Below, one piece after another: positions 58,341 to 64,000 of a stretch of 64,000 bases of DNA; position 1 is the stretch's first letter, and each line of letters starts with the position of its first letter. Where the stretch lies: positions 1,900-65,899 of the forward strand of contig NZ_JAWLCH010000010.1 in the NCBI RefSeq assembly GCF_041687235.1, written 5' to 3'. This DNA comes from Marinobacter sp. GTDB lineage: Bacteria; Pseudomonadota; Gammaproteobacteria; Pseudomonadales; Oleiphilaceae. A program made the translations under genes and the position numbers. The notes under the pieces are model-generated. The model made no database searches. It worked only from the letters and a program-made list of their open reading frames with translations, and was not told the origin of the DNA.

Positions 58341-61166
58341 TCACTCCGGGTTCATGAACAGGCTTTCATCGACCTGGTCAACCTGGCCGGGTTGCAAGTG
58401 CTCCCGGGCGTAGCGTTTGTAAGTGCCGGAGCGGACAAACAGCTCGAACACTGCGCGGTCGATGTGCCCGTCCTCGACCATCCGGGCCATGATTGCGAGC
58501 GATTCGGTCAGAGTTTTGCCTTCCTTGTAGGGGCGGTCGACGGCGGTCAAAGCCTCGAACACATCGGCAACCGCCATGATCCTTTCGGGAATCCCCATCT
58601 CGGCCGCCGTCAGGCCGTAGGGATAACCCTGGCCGTCCATGCGTTCGTGATGTGTTCCCGCAAGCTTCGGCACATTGGCCAACCGGTCGGGCAGGGGCAG
58701 GGCGTCCAGCATGCAGATGGTCTGGACTATGTGTTCGTTAATCTTGAAGCGCTCCTCATCCGTCAGCGTACCTTTGGCTACGGTGAGGTTGTGCAGCTCA
58801 CCCCGGTTATAGGCGTACTCTGGCAATTTCATGTCGAAGCCCCAGCGATTCCGGGGGTCGTCTTTGCGGACCGGGGGAATGTGTTCGCCCCAGGGCCTCA
58901 GATGTTCCGGTTTGTCGGCAAGCAGCTGTTCAGTCGCCGGCAGTGGCGGCTCCGGGCTATCCTGCAGGGCATTTCTCTCGTCCGGCGAGAGTCCGAGCCG
59001 GTCACTGAAATGCCGCGACCAGGTTTGCTGGCCGATGCGGTGGATCGTCTCGATGTCTTTTTCGGCCATGAACTCAGTGCCCTGGTTGGCCGTTGCAATC
59101 AAACGGAATTCCTCCTGCAGGCGGGCCCGGGTGGACTGGCGTTCCTCATCAGCGGCCGTCTCATCGTCGCCTGCCAGGAGTCGGGACAGGTAACGGATGT
59201 CTGCGTCCCGATGCAGGACTTCGAACCGGGTACGGACTTCGTGGATGCGGTTGTGAATGGTTTCCAGCTTGACCGCCTTGTCGACCACATACTCCGGGCT
59301 GGTGATCTTCCCACAGTCGTGGAGCCAGGCGGCCAGATGGAATTCCTGGAGCTGCTCTTCGGTCATGGTGAACGAGTCGAAGGCACGGTCGTTGCTGGCG
59401 ATGGCTTCATCAACCAGCATCTGGGCAAGCTTTGGCACCCGCTCGCAATGGCCACCCGTGTAGGGTGATTTGGCGTCGATGGCATTGGCCACCAGCCGGA
59501 TGATGCCCTCCAGCAGCGCCTGCTGGCTCTCAATCAGTTCCCGGGTTTCGATGGCTACGGCGGCAGAGCCGGCAATTTCATCCACGAAGATGATAAGGTC
59601 ATCGCTCAGTTGGGTGTGATCACCCAGCTCCATCTCTATTGCCAGGACACCGATCAGCTGTTTGCGGCGGTTGCGGAGAACCGCGAATACCGGATGTCCG
59701 TCGATGTGCTGCCGCAGTAGGCGGATGATGGCACCATCATCAGACTCCGCCGGTACCCCAGAGATGGTTTCGGGCAGCTCAAGAGCCTGTCTCACGGCCA
59801 GCGAGAGTTGCTCCTTCTGGCGGGTAAACAGGTAAATGCCGCCACGTTCCTGGCCGACGATGTGAATGATCTGTTTAAGAATATCCCGCAAAAGGTGGTT
59901 CAGGTCCTGGCCGCGGTTGAGCACTGATGCGATGCTCTGGAAGCTGCGGATGGTTCTCGCCATGTCGTCCAGCGCCACACTCAACTGGCGGGCTTCGCGG
60001 ATGTGGGAATCGGACCTTACCGGGGTATCAAACCGGAACCGTGATAGCCGGCTGACCTGATTGGTCAGGTGTTCCAGGGGGCGGCCTACCTGGCGGCCCA
60101 GGAACCAGCCAATGACGAGCAACAGCAGGGCGATGAGTCCGGCGATCACCGTTTGCCTCGCCAGCGCCGCCCAGACCTCTGCCAGCAGCTCGTCCGAGGG
60201 TATCGCCACCGCGATTGTAAGCCCCTCCTGCTGCAGCGCGCTCAGGGGCTCCGACATTCCATACCAGTCTGCTCCGTCGACACTGAAGCGGTTAACGGCG
60301 CTGCCTTCAACGTAGTCACCGGTCTGATCAAGTGCACCAACGATGGCTGGGTCTGGCGTTGTGCGGTTGCCGGAGTCGGCGAGGACTTCCCGATCCTGGT
60401 TAACGATGGCAATCCGGGTATTGGGGGTCTGGCGAAGTTCTGCCAGTTGGCTGCTCAAATCGGTCACCGTTACATCGATACCGAAAACGGTACCGGGCCC
60501 GCCGGTTTCTTCCGATGCGCGGCGGGACAGCGTTATTCCGGTTTCCTGGGTGGTAAAGAAAGCGTAGGGTGCCGACAGTTCAGTGGAATCCGAGGCCTTG
60601 GCCGCGTTGAACCAGGGGCGCGTTCGCGGGTCGAAGTCGTACTCGGGTACCGGTCTTTGCCCGATCATCTGCATGTCGGCGTTGTAGAAACGCCATTGGC
60701 CGGGTATTTCACCTCTGCCGTGGGAAATCGTCTGTAGCAAAAACCGGGTTTCTTCCGGGGCGTCCGGAAACTGAAGGGTTCCGGAACTGCGAACCTTCCG
60801 CAGGAGAATAAAGTCTCCGTTCGGATAACCGGCATAGACGGCGCTGACGATATCGCTGCTGGCAAGTATGTCTGCCATCACCGGAAGCCGGTCAAGGCGT
60901 TGCGGCAGTGTCTGTGCGGCGGCGAGGCTGTCATGGCTGAGCACAGCCAGGGCCGTGGACGGTGGCGCTGTGATGGCGTGAATCCGGTCATCAACGCTGA
61001 GTGCCAATTGGCGGGCGGTGGCGCTTGCGGCCGATACTTTGGCTGCCTCCATGCCTCGGAAACTCTGGCCGATCAGCACGATGGTCAGAACCAGCATGGC
61101 GAGCGTGATGGCCGATGCAATCAGAAGGGCCAGCGAAACCTGGGCCGACTGGCGTTTTCGATGCAT
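58341..61166 (-). CDS. Cache/HAMP/GAF-like HD-GYP phosphodiesterase
   Basis: WLHDCGK, HHERMDGQGYP, DVFEALTA...RPYK; two TMs around a periplasmic sensor. Confidence 0.9.
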   Translation of the reverse strand: MHRKRQSAQVSLALLIASAITLAMLVLTIVLIGQSFRGMEAAKVSAASATARQLALSVDDRIHAITAPPSTALAVLSHDSLAAAQTLPQRLDRLPVMADILASSDIVSAVYAGYPNGDFILLRKVRSSGTLQFPDAPEETRFLLQTISHGRGEIPGQWRFYNADMQMIGQRPVPEYDFDPRTRPWFNAAKASDSTELSAPYAFFTTQETGITLSRRASEETGGPGTVFGIDVTVTDLSSQLAELRQTPNTRIAIVNQDREVLADSGNRTTPDPAIVGALDQTGDYVEGSAVNRFSVDGADWYGMSEPLSALQQEGLTIAVAIPSDELLAEVWAALARQTVIAGLIALLLLVIGWFLGRQVGRPLEHLTNQVSRLSRFRFDTPVRSDSHIREARQLSVALDDMARTIRSFQSIASVLNRGQDLNHLLRDILKQIIHIVGQERGGIYLFTRQKEQLSLAVRQALELPETISGVPAESDDGAIIRLLRQHIDGHPVFAVLRNRRKQLIGVLAIEMELGDHTQLSDDLIIFVDEIAGSAAVAIETRELIESQQALLEGIIRLVANAIDAKSPYTGGHCERVPKLAQMLVDEAIASNDRAFDSFTMTEEQLQEFHLAAWLHDCGKITSPEYVVDKAVKLETIHNRIHEVRTRFEVLHRDADIRYLSRLLAGDDETAADEERQSTRARLQEEFRLIATANQGTEFMAEKDIETIHRIGQQTWSRHFSDRLGLSPDERNALQDSPEPPLPATEQLLADKPEHLRPWGEHIPPVRKDDPRNRWGFDMKLPEYAYNRGELHNLTVAKGTLTDEERFKINEHIVQTICMLDALPLPDRLANVPKLAGTHHERMDGQGYPYGLTAAEMGIPERIMAVADVFEALTAVDRPYKEGKTLTESLAIMARMVEDGHIDRAVFELFVRSGTYKRYAREHLQPGQVDQVDESLFMNPE

Positions 61167-61281
61167 GGATGATCCTTGCGGGTGTAGATTGGCGTAAGAC
61201 AACAGGGGGAGACCCCTGCCTAGTCAAAGACTAGACGCTGACGTTCAATTTTTCCGTTTTTTTCATGAGAAATCGCAAGTT

Positions 61282-61932
61282 ATGACTCAAGACCTGTTCG
61301 GCGAATTGCCACCTCAACAGACCGTTGAGCCTCTGATGGAGGGTGCCGTTGTACTGCGCCAGTTTGCGCTTGCCGATGCGGGGGCGTTGCTGGAAGCCAT
61401 TGGCCGGGTGACCTCTGAGGCGCCACTCCGGTACATGAAAACGCCTGGTGGCCATGCGATGTCTGCCGCCATGAGCTGTTGCGGGAAGCTGGGTTGGGTC
61501 ACGGATACCCGAGGGTACCGATATCAGTCGGACGACCCGGAATCCGGCCGGGCGTGGCCCGCCATGCCCTCAATCTTCCGTGAACTGGCCAGGAGGGCAG
61601 CGGAAACCGCGGGCTTTGAAGGATTTGAGCCAGATGCCTGCCTGATCAACCGTTACCAGCCCGGCGCAAAAATGGGGCTGCACCAGGACAAGGATGAACA
61701 GGATTTCAGTCAGCCGATCGTCTCGGTGTCCCTCGGCCTGCCAATCGTGTTCCAGTTTGGCGGACTTAAACGCAGCGAACGCCCCATCCGGGTTCCGCTT
61801 GCCCACGGTGACGTGGTGGTGTGGGGCGGCCCGTCACGGATGCGATATCACGGTGTCCTTACTCTGAAAGCCGGGGAACACCCGATGACTGGTGCGTGCC
61901 GTTACAATCTGACGTTCCGGCGCGCCCGATAG
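61282..61932 (+). CDS. alkB: DNA oxidative demethylase AlkB
   Basis: TPGG..MS, CLINRYQPGAKMGLHQDKDE, HGDVVVWGG, RYNLTFRR. Confidence 0.96.
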   Translation: MTQDLFGELPPQQTVEPLMEGAVVLRQFALADAGALLEAIGRVTSEAPLRYMKTPGGHAMSAAMSCCGKLGWVTDTRGYRYQSDDPESGRAWPAMPSIFRELARRAAETAGFEGFEPDACLINRYQPGAKMGLHQDKDEQDFSQPIVSVSLGLPIVFQFGGLKRSERPIRVPLAHGDVVVWGGPSRMRYHGVLTLKAGEHPMTGACRYNLTFRRAR

Positions 61933-61935
61933 AAC

Positions 61936-63216
61936 TCATTGCAACCAGGCGACCAGCAGGCCGGCTGCCAGCGAGAGCACCATAGGGCCGCCGACCAGTA
62001 GCCCGGTCTGACGATTACCAACAAACCCCGCAAGAGCCGATTTGACCAGATTGTTGGTGGCGGCGGCGATTACTATTCCGATCACGGCCGTTTCCATGGC
62101 CAGGCTGTTGTTGGACATGCGGGTGAGGGACAGGGTAATGGCGTCCACATCCGCAATACCGGAGGTCGCCGCCAGGACATAAATACCCGCATCGCCCAGC
62201 CAGCTACCCAGGAACTCGCCCAGTAACAATATCGCTGTCAGCAGCACGCCAAAGACCAGAGCAGAGGTAAGGTCCAGTGGATTCTGGCTCAGAGTCGGCT
62301 GGCTGACTTGCAGGTGTTTCTCGTTTCTGCGCCAGATAATCAGCGCGGGCACGTAGAGCAGAAGCGTCATCACGATGACGGGCCAGATAAGATTTGGCAG
62401 CAAGTCCCTGTTAATCACCAGGCAGTAAACGAGAATCCGGGGAAACATGGTGCCGCAGGCAATCAGGATGCCGGCGGCGAACTGGGCATTGAGCTCCGGA
62501 TTCTTTGAGGCCTGACGAGCAAAGTGCAGGGTGAGGGCAGTAGATGAGCTCAGCCCGGCGAACAGGCTGGTAAACAGGATGCCCTTGCGGGTGCCGGCTA
62601 CCCGTATGGCGAAATAGCCAACAAAGGAAATGGAGGCGATCATCACTACCATCCACCAGATTTCCCGGGGATTCAGAACGCCGCCAGGCCCCATCTTCTC
62701 GTTTGGCAGCAACGGCAGCATGACCACGGAGATCAGCAGCAGCTTGAGAGCGGCATCCAGTTCATGTTCCTTCAGCTTGTTGACCCAGCCGTGGATTTCC
62801 TGTTTGTTGTCCAGGATAAAGGCAGTAACAACCGCGGCAGCGATGGCAATGACCGGATCCACCGCGACCGCGACGGCGCCGAAACAGAAGGTCAGCACCA
62901 TACCGACCATACCGGTGATGCTGAAATTGCGGATGTGCTCCAGCCGTTCGCTGTAGGCCACAATGGCCATGGCTACCACACTGATCAAGAGCACGGGAAA
63001 CGCCCACTCGGTGATTTCCTTGGCCAGTACGGCAGAAATGCCCCCCAGAAGCCCCACCAGAGCAAAGGTCCGGATGCCGGCAATCCGCTCTCCGGATTTC
63101 TGTTCCCGGGCATCCCATCCTCGCTCCAGGCCAATAATGGCGCCGAGAAGAAGAGCGACAGCAAGGTTAAGCGTGATCTGGTTTCCGGACAGAAACTGGG
63201 AGGCAACATCATCCAT
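61936..63216 (-). CDS. MgtC/SapB family membrane protein (DUF4010)
   Basis: GAIIGLERGW, AGIRTF, GLSSSTA, SGIADVDAI. Confidence 0.92.
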   Translation of the reverse strand: MDDVASQFLSGNQITLNLAVALLLGAIIGLERGWDAREQKSGERIAGIRTFALVGLLGGISAVLAKEITEWAFPVLLISVVAMAIVAYSERLEHIRNFSITGMVGMVLTFCFGAVAVAVDPVIAIAAAVVTAFILDNKQEIHGWVNKLKEHELDAALKLLLISVVMLPLLPNEKMGPGGVLNPREIWWMVVMIASISFVGYFAIRVAGTRKGILFTSLFAGLSSSTALTLHFARQASKNPELNAQFAAGILIACGTMFPRILVYCLVINRDLLPNLIWPVIVMTLLLYVPALIIWRRNEKHLQVSQPTLSQNPLDLTSALVFGVLLTAILLLGEFLGSWLGDAGIYVLAATSGIADVDAITLSLTRMSNNSLAMETAVIGIVIAAATNNLVKSALAGFVGNRQTGLLVGGPMVLSLAAGLLVAWLQ

Positions 63217-63551
63217 GGGTGGGTCAAAGCTCCTCTCATCAAATGGATCATCTGATGATAGCAGGAGAGGCAGTCGATCGTTAGACGTCTAAGAAGTTAC
63301 CCCTAAGCGCCTTACTTTCCGGCGAGGGGTCTGGTAAGCTTCGCGACCCTGAAATTCGCAGTTACCTGATTTTCATCAACCGTGCAGCAAACCAAAACCG
63401 TGACGATCCTTCCGCCCTAGCGCTCAGATTCCTCTCCCTCTGGTTAACTCCCTGAGAAATATGCCTGTAGCCAATGTTTGTCATATTGGGTGCAATCGAC
63501 GGTTTTGTCTCAGCTTTTCTTATTTCTACAGCAATCCGGAAACCCGACATT

Positions 63552-64000
63552 ATGGTGAATTCCCTAAAAGCCAACTGGCTTTCGAATATCCGTGGCGATG
63601 TGCTCGCTGGTATCGTTGTGGCACTGGCACTGATCCCGGAGGCCATCGCCTTCTCGATCATTGCCGGTGTCGATCCCAAAGTGGGTCTTTACGCCTCGTT
63701 CTGTATCGCGGTGATCATTGCCTTTGTGGGCGGCCGTCCCGGTATGATTTCGGCCGCCACGGGCGCCATGGCCCTGTTGATGGTGACGCTGGTGAAAGAG
63801 CATGGTCTCGAGTACCTCCTTGCTGCGACGCTGCTGACCGGTGTTATTCAGATTGCCGCGGGCTATCTCAAGCTCGGCGGCCTGATGCGGTTCGTTTCGC
63901 GCTCGGTGGTAACCGGTTTTGTAAACGCCCTGGCCATCCTTATTTTTATGGCTCAGTTGCCCGAACTGACCAACGTTACCTGGCACGTCTACGCCATGAC
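63552..64000 (+). CDS. SulP family inorganic anion transporter (3' end outside window)
   Basis: Hand translation: [50 protein letters not shown]...[12 protein letters not shown]. Confidence 0.93.
   Translation, partial: MVNSLKANWLSNIRGDVLAGIVVALALIPEAIAFSIIAGVDPKVGLYASFCIAVIIAFVGGRPGMISAATGAMALLMVTLVKEHGLEYLLAATLLTGVIQIAAGYLKLGGLMRFVSRSVVTGFVNALAILIFMAQLPELTNVTWHVYAM

Noticed and set aside
63217-63551. Riboswitch or structured leader upstream of SulP; 12-bp palindrome TTAGACGTCTAA at 63281-63292
   Set aside because: I could not match it to any RNA family by eye, and the palindrome is short enough to be chance; an Rfam/Infernal scan would decide

Overview
Gammaproteobacterial chromosome segment; gene content and repeat types suggest Marinobacter or a close relative (inference). 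(1) 1-10.1 kb: distal part of an integron cassette array with 12 attC sites. All 10 complete cassettes show exact complementarity between the core site at their start and the inverse core site at their end. No intI lies in the window. The array holds five toxin-antitoxin cassettes (HigBA-2-like, YefM-YoeB, HigBA, BrnTA with a nonsense-mutated toxin, inverted CcdAB), small hypothetical membrane-protein cassettes and a VOC cassette. It also holds a 2.7-kb cassette encoding a PAAR-DUF2235 (Tle1-like) type VI secretion effector, frameshifted near its 3' end, plus its DUF2931 lipoprotein immunity gene. A ~1.85-kb non-cassette block interrupts the array at the crossover point of attC7. (2) 10.2-23.5 kb: accessory hydrolases, a TauD dioxygenase, an MFS transporter, a lemA-TPM-TPM operon ending in a 661-aa hypothetical with a papain/calpain-like Cys-His-Asn pattern, a fatty-acid desaturase and a decaying island (24-aa microprotein, channel with an atypical filter, DUF305, CheB C-terminal fragment). 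(3) 23.6-36.4 kb: liuRABCDE leucine/isovalerate catabolic cluster with a LiuR box and a divergent SDR-ACAD-thiolase operon. (4) 36.5-46.4 kb: NSS transporter, a PAS-sigma54 activator divergent from an ABC transporter plus cynS cyanate cluster (sigma54 promoter, three candidate enhancer palindromes), REP and hairpin elements, and ilvGM with a leader-peptide attenuator. (5) 46.5-64 kb: RND pair, MCP with a FliA promoter, truC, GAF-GGDEF-EAL, amidase, djlA, HD-GYP, alkB, MgtC/DUF4010 and the start of a SulP gene. Family calls come from motif recognition, not database searches.
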